Origin: a virus
Strand: one strand, 5' to 3'
Length of the DNA: 64,000 nt
Virus record (IMG/VR): IMGVR_UViG_3300045988_175656
Position numbers and translations under genes: made by a program. Under the pieces are notes generated by a model, which ran no database searches, had not been told where the DNA came from, and was given only the letters and a program-made list of their open reading frames with translations. Positions 26,296 to 34,352 of this stretch are shown piece by piece. Position 1 is the first letter of the stretch. Each line of letters starts with the position of its first letter.

Positions 26296-29262
26296 ATGAT
26301 TGAAACAACTGAAAAACTTGTCGGTATAAAACAAGTATTACTACCTGAGTTTAAAGCAGCCGAAGAAGCTGGCACAACCAAAGGTTATATGTGGTTTGTT
26401 AGAGATAACAATATTACATTACATAACTATATCTATTTAGGCTCTCGTTTATATGGAGAAGCTGAAATTGAAGTTCCATTTGATAGTGTAATAACAAACA
26501 TTTTATCAGACAATTCAATAGTTGTAACAAAAACTTCTTCAGAAGAAGGAACAACAGTCGAATTGAAAATTAATTTAGACCCTAATGGTGGATTAACTCT
26601 TACTGAAAATGGTTTGCAAGTAGATATGTCTAAATTTATTTCTCAATCTGAATTAGACAAAGTAAAAGACGATATTAAAACTGTTAATGACAATTTAGTA
26701 ACTTCAATAAATACAATCAACCAAAATGTAGCTGATGGTTTCAACACTATTAATGGTGGTATTGAAAATGAAATTAAACCTGCAATAGCAGAAGCTAAGA
26801 AATTAACAGTTGATGAAACTGAAAGAGCACTTACTGCTGAAACTAATTTACAAACTAACATCAATGTTGAAACTACTGAAAGAAAAATTGATGTAGCAAA
26901 TTTACAAGGAAATATCAATATTGAGACTGAAAGGGCACTTGCTGCTGAAGCTGCATTAGCTGAAAAAGTAAAAGAAGTTGATGTTGATGAAATTAAAGCT
27001 GATATTAAAACAGTTAATGATAATTTAGTGACTGCTGTTAATACAATTAATCAAAATATGGCTGATGGTTTCAATACTATTAATGGTGGTATTGATAATG
27101 AAATAAGACCTGAATTAGCAAAAGCTGTTAAATATCAAGAATTTGATACTAATAGAAAAACTATTCAATTAGCTAACTTTGATACACTTTCAGGTATCAT
27201 GACTGATGGTGAGGGTGTGAATTTAGCAATGGTATCTAAATGGGATAAAGCTGACTTTGGTTCTACCAAACTTCCATTTAATATGAATGGTTCAGAAGAA
27301 AGACCAACATATAATGATACAAAAGAAGTTGCATTAATGGATGATATTAATAGTGAAATAACAAATGAATCTGACCGTGTTAATGCAATGATTGATGTTA
27401 TCAATGAAAGTATTAAAACAGTTAACGATAATTTGGTAGATGCTGTTAATACTATCAATGGCGGTATTGATAATGAAATAAGACCTGCTATTGAAGATTT
27501 AAAAGAAAACAAAGTTTCTTATGTAGAAGCCGAAAAAGAAGGTAAAAAATATAAAGTTATTCAATTGGATAATTATGCTAATTTAGTTGGTGAAGGTACT
27601 GATGAATTATCTGGTCAAACATTCAACATTGGTATGGTTTCTAAATGGAATAAAATTGATTTAGGTAGTGCATCATTAGAAATTAATTTAAATGGTAAAG
27701 CTAATAGACCAACATATAATGATACAAAAGAAATTGCATTAATAGAAGATGTTAATGGAAAAATTTCTTCTGTTGAATTAGTTCAAGATGTTGATAATCA
27801 ATTACATTATGAATTAATGGTTGATGGAGTTGTAAAAGGAGATATTAACATTCCTAAAGACCAATTCTTAAAAAATGTTGAATATGATGATACAACTAAA
27901 GAATTAGTATTTACATTTGATACAACTGATGGCGAAAAAGTGACAAAAGTTAATATTGGAGAATTAGTTGATACATACGAAGCAGGAAATGGTTTAGAAT
28001 TAAATGGAAACATATTTTCAATAAAATTAGACCCATCATCTCAATCATATATACAAGTAACTTCAGATGGTATTAAAATTATCGCTATTGATGAAGCAAT
28101 TTCAGAAATAAATGGAAAAATTACTGCTGAAGAAACACGTGCAAGTGGTGTTGAAGCTAAGTTAAGAACTGATGTTGATTATGAACATGAGAGAGCATTA
28201 GAAGCTGAAGCAAATATTAATAATGCTTTGGAAACAAAAGTAACTTGGGATGAAAGTAAATCTAAAATTGTATTACCTTCAGGTGGTCAAATAGTTGGTA
28301 CTAAATATGGCACAGATGGTAGTAATCCTGCTGATGGTGCAACTATTGCTCAATTAAGTCAATATGATATAATGGATTTTGGTTCTTCAAAATATCCATT
28401 AAACTTAAATGTACCAGCTGGTGTTAGAGTAACAGTTCAAGAACAAGGTCAATCAGGTGAAAATGCTAACAAAGTAGCTTATTTAAGTGATGTTGAGATT
28501 AAAGTTGATAAAGTAGATGGTAAAGGTTTATCAGAAGAAGATTTTACAACTGCATTAAAAACAAAACTTGAAGGTTTAAGTAATTATGATGATACAGATA
28601 TTAAAAATGATATAACATCATTAGATACTGCATATAAAACGGCTGATACAGCATTAGAAGAGAAAATCACTGCTAATGAACAAGCAATTGCAACTAAAGT
28701 TGATAAAGTAGATGGTATGGGTCTTTCGCAAGAAAGCTTCACAACTGTTGAAAAAACTAAACTTGAAGGGTTAAGTAATTATGATGATACTGCAATTAAA
28801 GCAAGTGTTGAAGAAAATAAAACTAACATTGCAGGCGTTAGAAGTGATTTAACTGCTGAAACAACTTTACAAGCCCAAAATTATGCAACTTTAACCAGAG
28901 ATTTAGGTTCTGAAATAACAAGAGCAACAAATAGAGAAAATACTATTGAAACAGCCGTTAATAACATAATAAACAATGGTTTAGCTTTACAAAATGGTAA
29001 ATCTATTACTGCATATCCAAATCCATCAGGTTCTAGCTCTCCTGTTGAAATATTAACAATTACATCTGGAAATGTTGTTAATGTTGGTTCTAATATTGGA
29101 ATTTTAGAGTTGGAAAGTAAAGGTGATATTGTAGCTATTTTAGATGGCGAAAGAAAAACAGTTGCAATTAAAGAAGATGTAGATAATTTAATTACTACCT
29201 TACAAACTACTATTGCTGCATTAACTACAAGAGTAGAAGCTTTAGAAGCTAAAAATCCTTAA
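26296..29262 (+). CDS. long tail fibre with coiled-coil segments and internal duplications
   Basis: 988 aa with three copies of IKTVNDNLV..VNTIN...INGGI(E/D)NEI(K/R)P, two copies of MVSKW(D/N)K.D(F/L)GS...RPTYNDTKE(V/I)AL, and two copies of VDKVDG.GLS.E.FTT..KTKLEGLSNYDDT, a motif common in phage fibres. Confidence 0.8.
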   Translation: MIETTEKLVGIKQVLLPEFKAAEEAGTTKGYMWFVRDNNITLHNYIYLGSRLYGEAEIEVPFDSVITNILSDNSIVVTKTSSEEGTTVELKINLDPNGGLTLTENGLQVDMSKFISQSELDKVKDDIKTVNDNLVTSINTINQNVADGFNTINGGIENEIKPAIAEAKKLTVDETERALTAETNLQTNINVETTERKIDVANLQGNINIETERALAAEAALAEKVKEVDVDEIKADIKTVNDNLVTAVNTINQNMADGFNTINGGIDNEIRPELAKAVKYQEFDTNRKTIQLANFDTLSGIMTDGEGVNLAMVSKWDKADFGSTKLPFNMNGSEERPTYNDTKEVALMDDINSEITNESDRVNAMIDVINESIKTVNDNLVDAVNTINGGIDNEIRPAIEDLKENKVSYVEAEKEGKKYKVIQLDNYANLVGEGTDELSGQTFNIGMVSKWNKIDLGSASLEINLNGKANRPTYNDTKEIALIEDVNGKISSVELVQDVDNQLHYELMVDGVVKGDINIPKDQFLKNVEYDDTTKELVFTFDTTDGEKVTKVNIGELVDTYEAGNGLELNGNIFSIKLDPSSQSYIQVTSDGIKIIAIDEAISEINGKITAEETRASGVEAKLRTDVDYEHERALEAEANINNALETKVTWDESKSKIVLPSGGQIVGTKYGTDGSNPADGATIAQLSQYDIMDFGSSKYPLNLNVPAGVRVTVQEQGQSGENANKVAYLSDVEIKVDKVDGKGLSEEDFTTALKTKLEGLSNYDDTDIKNDITSLDTAYKTADTALEEKITANEQAIATKVDKVDGMGLSQESFTTVEKTKLEGLSNYDDTAIKASVEENKTNIAGVRSDLTAETTLQAQNYATLTRDLGSEITRATNRENTIETAVNNIINNGLALQNGKSITAYPNPSGSSSPVEILTITSGNVVNVGSNIGILELESKGDIVAILDGERKTVAIKEDVDNLITTLQTTIAALTTRVEALEAKNP

Positions 29263-29462
29263 TTAAGATTATATAAATAATAAAGAGGGTAATCGAAACT
29301 AATTCTTTTACCCTCTTTTCTATTATACGCCTTTTTATTTTTATGGGGACGGTCTTTTGCTACCCACCGTCCACCATTTCTTTCTAGTTCTTCTTCTCTT
29401 GAAGCTTTTCTGTTAGCTTTAACATAATCTTCAATAGTTCCAATTTTAGTTTTTGCTTTCAT
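29259..29462 (-). CDS. hypothetical small basic protein
   Basis: 67 aa, Lys/Arg-rich. The 3' end runs through the 29282-29318 hairpin, so this is uncertain. Confidence 0.4.
   Translation of the reverse strand: MKAKTKIGTIEDYVKANRKASREEELERNGGRWVAKDRPHKNKKAYNRKEGKRISFDYPLYYLYNLN
29282..29318. terminator. hairpin terminator after the fibre gene (possibly bidirectional)
   Basis: Stem aaagagggtaa/ttaccctcttt followed by a short T-run. Confidence 0.55.
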
Positions 29463-29489
29463 ATTAATAGTTTTATATCATATAAATAA

Positions 29490-30098
29490 TTATATTTTTA
29501 CTTTATAAAACTTTGAAAGATAATCATCAAGTCTTAAATGATGACTAAATGCCCATTTATGCGAATAAAACCAATCAAAATCAGATGTTAATGTTTTACG
29601 TTTATCTTTTTTAAAGATTTTTTCCCACCATTTTAGACCTGTAATTTTTCCAATATACATCCAATTAACAAGTTCAATTTCATCTTTTTCGCCACCAATA
29701 GCTTTCTCCAAAGAAAAATCTTCTTTGTCATCTGCAAAATAACCAAAATGTGCACTAACATTTTGTCTATTTTCTGCTGGGTCAGAATTAACTTTCAACA
29801 ATATAAGTTTTTTCTTATCACCAATAAAGCCTGTTTCTTCTTTTAATTCTCTAAGAACAGCATCTTCCAAAGTTTCATTAAAATCAAGATAGCCACATGG
29901 TACACAGAAATGACCAACATAATCTGCTGCGCCTTTTCCACGTTTTTCAGTTAACACAAATAGTTTGCCATCAACCTCTTTAAACACATACCCAACTACC
30001 GCCATTGCACGAGAAATCCAATAAATTTTACCTTCAACTTTAACTGGAAAATTTTGGTTTTCTGACAATGTTTTTTCAATTCTTGTTCCTTCTTTCAT
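29490..30098 (-). CDS. Nudix hydrolase
   Basis: Canonical Nudix box GYLDFNETLEDAVLRELKEETGF (Gx5Ex7REUxEExGU). Confidence 0.85.
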   Translation of the reverse strand: MKEGTRIEKTLSENQNFPVKVEGKIYWISRAMAVVGYVFKEVDGKLFVLTEKRGKGAADYVGHFCVPCGYLDFNETLEDAVLRELKEETGFIGDKKKLILLKVNSDPAENRQNVSAHFGYFADDKEDFSLEKAIGGEKDEIELVNWMYIGKITGLKWWEKIFKKDKRKTLTSDFDWFYSHKWAFSHHLRLDDYLSKFYKVKI

Positions 30099-30099
30099 G

Positions 30100-30222
30100 T
30101 TAATATTTATTAATTAATGTTTCTAATATTTCAAACCAATAGCATTTATTAGTTTTTTCATCCATTATCAGAAATGGCATCATTCCAATAACAGTTATTA
30201 CCATAATAATTGTGATAAGCAT
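30100..30222 (-). CDS. possible 40-aa single-TM peptide (below ORF-track cutoff)
   Basis: My own translation is MLITIIMVITVIGMMPFLIMDEKTNKCYWFEILETLINKY. It fills the gap between the channel and Nudix genes. Confidence 0.25.
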   Translation of the reverse strand: MLITIIMVITVIGMMPFLIMDEKTNKCYWFEILETLINKY

Positions 30223-30235
30223 CCATAAAGCAATA

Positions 30236-31039
30236 CTAATCGTTATTCCCAAACTTCTCATTTTGCTTTTTAATCATTTCTTTTAATTCTTGTAATTCTT
30301 TCATTACATTGTCATTATTATCAACAGCTAATTCATCTGTAAATGACGATGTAACAAAACTCATGCCAAACATGCCACCAATCAACACTATCAAACAAAA
30401 TGCAATTTTACTAATTGTTCCTATTAGTGGCGATGTGTTGTCAGCAATTGCGTTAGGTATATCATACCACCCTTCAATTGTAAACATTCTAAATACAGTA
30501 TATATGGATTCAATTGGATTACCAAAATATTCAGGAGCAATTTTAGAATATAAACTTGATAATATAATTGATATAATAAATATTAGTATGAATATTCCAA
30601 CAATTACACCAATACTAGCTCTAAACGCAATTTTAAGATTCAATAATAATCTTTCATAATTCGGTATTGCTCTGAATAATCTTGTACATTTAAAAATCCT
30701 AACTGTTCTTAATACCAAGAGATAATCCATTCTTTCTAAATAAGAACCAAAAAACAATGGTAATAAACTAATAACAACCAATATAAAATCAAATGTGTTT
30801 ATATGTTTTTTAAAAAACCGTTTTCCATATATTTTTACTTTAATAGCAATTTCGATTCCAAATATTATTGTTAAAATCAAATCAATAGTAACCATTCTAT
30901 CGTGTAACCACAATGGAATACTACTGAATGCCAATAAAAATGTAACAAAACAGTTAATAACTATTAACCATGTTATATTATTATCATTCAGAAAAAACGA
31001 ATATATATTCTTTATTATTTTTAGTTTCATATTTGTCAT
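30236..31039 (-). CDS. BacNaV-type voltage-gated cation channel (6-TM, Ion_trans family)
   Basis: Six hydrophobic segments. S4 is VLRTVRIFKCTRLFRAI, with a basic residue every third position. The P-loop APEYFGNPIESIYTVFRMFTIEGWYD is comparable with NaChBac SPEYFGN...VVTLESWAS. A C-terminal coiled coil follows, and the 267-aa length is close to NaChBac. Confidence 0.8.
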   Translation of the reverse strand: MTNMKLKIIKNIYSFFLNDNNITWLIVINCFVTFLLAFSSIPLWLHDRMVTIDLILTIIFGIEIAIKVKIYGKRFFKKHINTFDFILVVISLLPLFFGSYLERMDYLLVLRTVRIFKCTRLFRAIPNYERLLLNLKIAFRASIGVIVGIFILIFIISIILSSLYSKIAPEYFGNPIESIYTVFRMFTIEGWYDIPNAIADNTSPLIGTISKIAFCLIVLIGGMFGMSFVTSSFTDELAVDNNDNVMKELQELKEMIKKQNEKFGNND

Positions 31040-31052
31040 TATTAAAACAATG

Positions 31053-31060
31053 CAAATATA
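31053..31060 (-). promoter_or_regulatory. Bacteroidota-type -7 promoter box (tatTATATTTGcat) for the channel gene
   Basis: TAnnTTTG 14 nt upstream of the ATG at 31039. Confidence 0.6.
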
Positions 31061-31103
31061 ATACTAATTTCTATAAAACCAAAAAATTAATATCTAATAA
31101 ATG

Positions 31104-32030
31104 TTAATCCATAAACATTTTAAGATTTTCAACAATATATGGATTATATAATTCAATATCAGGCATTTCTTCTTTTGTTCTTGTCACGCCATATAATGTA
31201 GTGTGTATAATATCATATAAATGTTGATTATTACTATGATAATGAATGAAACCATTTGTCTTATCAATAGCTCCATATTCCAAAAGAATACCTGCTGCCA
31301 TAGCAGTCTTACACTTTTCCGTAGTAAAAGCATAATTAAAACCCATAAATATACGACTATCCCCCATAATTGGGTTTTCAATCGCATCAAGACATGGAGA
31401 TAAACCTAAAACCTTGACCATTTCAATTCTCCAATATTCTCTTAACTTATTTATTTCCATATCATTGATTATAATTCTATTATAATCAAAATCATACCAT
31501 TTTAATCCTGTTTCAGAATCATGGTTTGAAATATTCATATTAGTTGGTCTTAGTATGAAATAAACATCCGCACCAAGTTCTTCCAATGCTTTCTTTTCGT
31601 TTGGAAAACGGCAATCATCAACAATTATTATTTTATCAGTTGATTGGTATTCTTTAATTTCGTTAACTAATGTATCAACATGCCAATTAGGTTCAAATTT
31701 TCTAATAAGATTAGTTCCAATTATTTGAAGCATCATTCTAACTGATGTAAAAGTTGTACCATTAATTATTTCTCTTATTGATTTTTCATCAATATTTGTT
31801 CTTTTATTGATTATTCTAATCCACCTTATATCAGGAACTATTGAAAACTTATTAGGAATATTCTTTATTTCATTTAATTCATCATATGTTATGTTTAACA
31901 GTTCAGCACATAAGTTCTTCAACGCATTACCAAAACTAAAAACACTTACATTTTCAAAATTTTCTATACATACAGAAGCTAACTCTGATTTTCCAGACTG
32001 TTTACGTCCAGCAAGCCCAATTATTCTCAT
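31104..32030 (-). CDS. deoxynucleoside monophosphate kinase-like P-loop protein with C-terminal extension
   Basis: MRIIGLAGRKQSGKSELA (Walker A) and IIVDDCRFPNEKKALEELGA, as in phage dNMP kinases. The start is moved to Met16 because the TAnnTTTG box at 32044-32051 lies inside the longer ORF. Confidence 0.55.
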   Translation of the reverse strand: MRIIGLAGRKQSGKSELASVCIENFENVSVFSFGNALKNLCAELLNITYDELNEIKNIPNKFSIVPDIRWIRIINKRTNIDEKSIREIINGTTFTSVRMMLQIIGTNLIRKFEPNWHVDTLVNEIKEYQSTDKIIIVDDCRFPNEKKALEELGADVYFILRPTNMNISNHDSETGLKWYDFDYNRIIINDMEINKLREYWRIEMVKVLGLSPCLDAIENPIMGDSRIFMGFNYAFTTEKCKTAMAAGILLEYGAIDKTNGFIHYHSNNQHLYDIIHTTLYGVTRTKEEMPDIELYNPYIVENLKMFMD

Positions 32031-32043
32031 ATTTTCTTTTTTG

Positions 32044-32051
32044 CAAATATA
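32044..32051 (-). promoter_or_regulatory. Bacteroidota-type -7 promoter box (gttGTATATTTGCAaaa)
   Basis: 14 nt upstream of the ATG at 32030, the same spacing as at 15412 and 31053. Confidence 0.6.
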
Positions 32052-32123
32052 CAACCTAAAATAATATTTTACCAATGTTTTTAATTTTTTTTAAAATATT
32101 TATGAGTAAAATAAGAACCAATA

Positions 32124-32492
32124 ATGAAAAAATTTGTAGAATATATCAAATTGTTAATAAAATCAAATAATGGAGATTCAAGTAAAAGTTTTTTTCTTGT
32201 ATCAGTTACATTAACAGGTATTTTATTGCTATTGATATGTGGGTTAGTTTTAATCATTGATGTTTGTTGTACTGGATACATTATAACTGATTTATATGGA
32301 GTAGCAACAGTCATTGCTTCTATCGCATCATTATTTGGTGCTGTTGGATGGACTAAAGTTGCAGGAGAAAAACGTTTTTATGATTACAAAAAATATTATC
32401 CAGAAGAAAAACAGAGTTTAAATAATAAATCTTCTAATGATAGCATATGTGTTAAACCATCTGAAGATGATATTGAAAATGCATTAAAATAA
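32124..32492 (+). CDS. two-TM membrane protein (holin-like or exclusion-type)
   Basis: FFLVSVTLTGILLLLICGLVLII and YGVATVIASIASLFGAVGW are followed by a charged tail. This is a plus-strand islet inside a minus-strand block. Confidence 0.5.
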   Translation: MKKFVEYIKLLIKSNNGDSSKSFFLVSVTLTGILLLLICGLVLIIDVCCTGYIITDLYGVATVIASIASLFGAVGWTKVAGEKRFYDYKKYYPEEKQSLNNKSSNDSICVKPSEDDIENALK

Positions 32493-32493
32493 T

Positions 32494-32643
32494 ATGGCTA
32501 AGAAAAAAGTTAAAAGTATAAAAGTGTATGTAAATGGAAAATGGGAAAATGTTTTAAACCAAAAAATCTACAAAGATGGAAAATGGCTTACATTTACAAC
32601 TGATAGTGGCATTAATAAAGATGGTATATGGTATGTATTATAA
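32494..32643 (+). CDS. hypothetical 49-aa protein (below ORF-track cutoff)
   Basis: My own translation is MAKKKVKSIKVYVNGKWENVLNQKIYKDGKWLTFTTDSGINKDGIWYVL. The start is 1 nt after the previous stop, and the ORF ends at the terminator. Confidence 0.3.
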   Translation: MAKKKVKSIKVYVNGKWENVLNQKIYKDGKWLTFTTDSGINKDGIWYVL

Positions 32644-32670
32644 AAAAAGGGAGAAGTTATTCTCCCTTTT
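32642..32670. terminator. bidirectional terminator
   Basis: aaaaaaAGGGAGAAgttaTTCTCCCTttt. The thioredoxin stop codon lies in the loop. Confidence 0.75.
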
Positions 32671-32968
32671 GATTTAATGTTGTATCTATAAAATTAGTAA
32701 TTTTGTTTTTATCAGCCCCACCAACCATTTTACCAACTTCATTTAAATCATCATCAACAATAATTAATGTTGGTATATTTCTTATACTATATTTAGCACA
32801 TAAATCATTTGGGGTAATATTGAACTTTTCAATTAGATTTTCATCTTCAATATCAATTTCAATAAAATCAATATTCTTATATTTTTCATTTTTTGAGACC
32901 TCTTCAAAAATTGGTTTCATCATTTTACATGGCATACACCATTGTGCTGAGAATTTTAATATATTCAT
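32657..32968 (-). CDS. trxA: thioredoxin
   Basis: Active site WCMPC in FSAQWCMPCKMMKP; 103 aa; cis-Pro region IRNIPTLII. Confidence 0.85.
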   Translation of the reverse strand: MNILKFSAQWCMPCKMMKPIFEEVSKNEKYKNIDFIEIDIEDENLIEKFNITPNDLCAKYSIRNIPTLIIVDDDLNEVGKMVGGADKNKITNFIDTTLNQKGE

Positions 32969-33207
32969 TTCTTTTTATACTTTATATTTTTATTATTTAA
33001 ATGTTTATTCATGTTACTTATTGCGAATAATGCTAATCTATCAACTAAATACGCTTCTGTAATTTCATCTATTTCAAAATTATTTTTAGCATGAACTCTT
33101 AACCAATCTACATAAGATGGATTAATATCAATTGCATCTTGTATTGTATGATGTTTATACTTTCCGATTAGCATTTTATCTTTTAAATTATATTTACACA
33201 ATGCCAT
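32965..33207 (-). CDS. small protein with GKYKG-type (DUF3820-like) motif
   Basis: IGKYKHHTIQDAIDINPSYVDWL resembles the FGKYKG...dp.Yl.Wl motif. Low-certainty recollection. Confidence 0.4.
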   Translation of the reverse strand: MALCKYNLKDKMLIGKYKHHTIQDAIDINPSYVDWLRVHAKNNFEIDEITEAYLVDRLALFAISNMNKHLNNKNIKYKKK

Positions 33208-33209
33208 TA

Positions 33210-33581
33210 TTATATATCTTCTTCAGAAAGTTCAAAATCATCATCAAAATCATCATCCACTGATTCATCATTATCAGAATCAATTGTTAAAAGCTTAGGG
33301 TTATCTTTAATTATAAGTTCATTAATTAATGTTGTTGCGTCTATGGTATCAATTTCTAATTTTTTAGTCAATTCACTATTATCATGTTCAACAATACTAC
33401 AAATTGTTGAAACAGAATGAATTGATTTTTTAATACCTGCCTGTTCCAACACTTCATCAGAAAAGTTAAAACCTTCTTTTATCAATCTAAATATACACTT
33501 TTTATCATTTGAAAGTATTTTAGAAACTTTTTTTCCCTTATACTCACCCTTATCTATTATTGAATTTATTTCTAATTTCAT
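33210..33581 (-). CDS. hypothetical protein, paralogue A (acidic tail)
   Basis: Shares GEYKGKKVSKILS...LIKEGFNFSDEVLEQAGIK with the next gene. Confidence 0.55.
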   Translation of the reverse strand: MKLEINSIIDKGEYKGKKVSKILSNDKKCIFRLIKEGFNFSDEVLEQAGIKKSIHSVSTICSIVEHDNSELTKKLEIDTIDATTLINELIIKDNPKLLTIDSDNDESVDDDFDDDFELSEEDI

Positions 33582-33718
33582 AAATTTTTTTTATATTAAA
33601 TATTACCCATATTACGTTAATCTTCATAATATGATTGGTTATCATCATATTTTTCTTTTAAATTTTGATATAACTCTGATTCAAAATCATCTTATACATA
33701 TTCTCCACATGGTAGGCT

Positions 33719-34075
33719 TCAATCAAAATTATAGCCCATTTCATCTTCTTCACTAAGACTATCAGGAAAATGCTTGTTATCAATATTCTTTTTGAAATCG
33801 TTCAAAACTGTTGTCCCAATAGGTCTATTATGAATAATATCTTCTAAACATGGTTTATCATGGGAAATATAAATTACATTTACATTATCAATACCAAATA
33901 ATATGTTTTTTGATTCTGATTTAATACCAGCTCTATCAAGAACCTCTTTATCAAACAAATACCCTTTATTACATAAATTAAGAATATTCGTCCTATTATC
34001 TGATAATACTTCTCTTACAGTTTGATATTCAAATTCACCATCAAGAATATCATCCATATAATATATCTTATTCAT
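33719..34075 (-). CDS. hypothetical protein, paralogue B
   Basis: GEFEYQTVREVLS...LCNKGYLFDKEVLDRAGIK is collinear with 33210..33581. Confidence 0.55.
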   Translation of the reverse strand: MNKIYYMDDILDGEFEYQTVREVLSDNRTNILNLCNKGYLFDKEVLDRAGIKSESKNILFGIDNVNVIYISHDKPCLEDIIHNRPIGTTVLNDFKKNIDNKHFPDSLSEEDEMGYNFD

Positions 34076-34076
34076 A

Positions 34077-34352
34077 TTATTTTTTTAATGTTTTCAATTT
34101 AATAATATCACCAATAGGAAAAGTATTTTGTTTTGGTCTGTGCTTTATTTTTGTTTTACGAGAAAGGAATAATGGGATTGTGACTACTGAATATGATGTA
34201 TAATAAGCTTCTTTAGATGCTGTTTTCTCATAGTTTTGTAAATACTTTTTAGCATTTTCTTTCATATCAAATGCTGCAAGTATAGAATACCAAACTCCAT
34301 CCTCATTGTATTCTCCATATTCTTTTTTAACAACTGCATAAATTTTGTTCAT
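34077..34352 (-). CDS. hypothetical protein
   Basis: 91-aa ORF abutting its neighbours. Confidence 0.5.
   Translation of the reverse strand: MNKIYAVVKKEYGEYNEDGVWYSILAAFDMKENAKKYLQNYEKTASKEAYYTSYSVVTIPLFLSRKTKIKHRPKQNTFPIGDIIKLKTLKK

Noticed and set aside
32081-32314. Minus-strand ORF (77 aa) overlapping the plus-strand membrane-protein gene.
   Set aside because: The plus-strand ORF is longer, has clean TM helices and is followed by a coupled ORF and a terminator. The minus ORF lies upstream of the dNMP-kinase promoter with no start context.
33582-33718. Open stretch encoding DDFESELYQNLKEKYDDNQSYYED on the minus strand between the two paralogues.
   Set aside because: It has no start codon, and a TAA lies immediately upstream in frame. 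It may be a decayed remnant of an acidic tail, but that cannot be supported.
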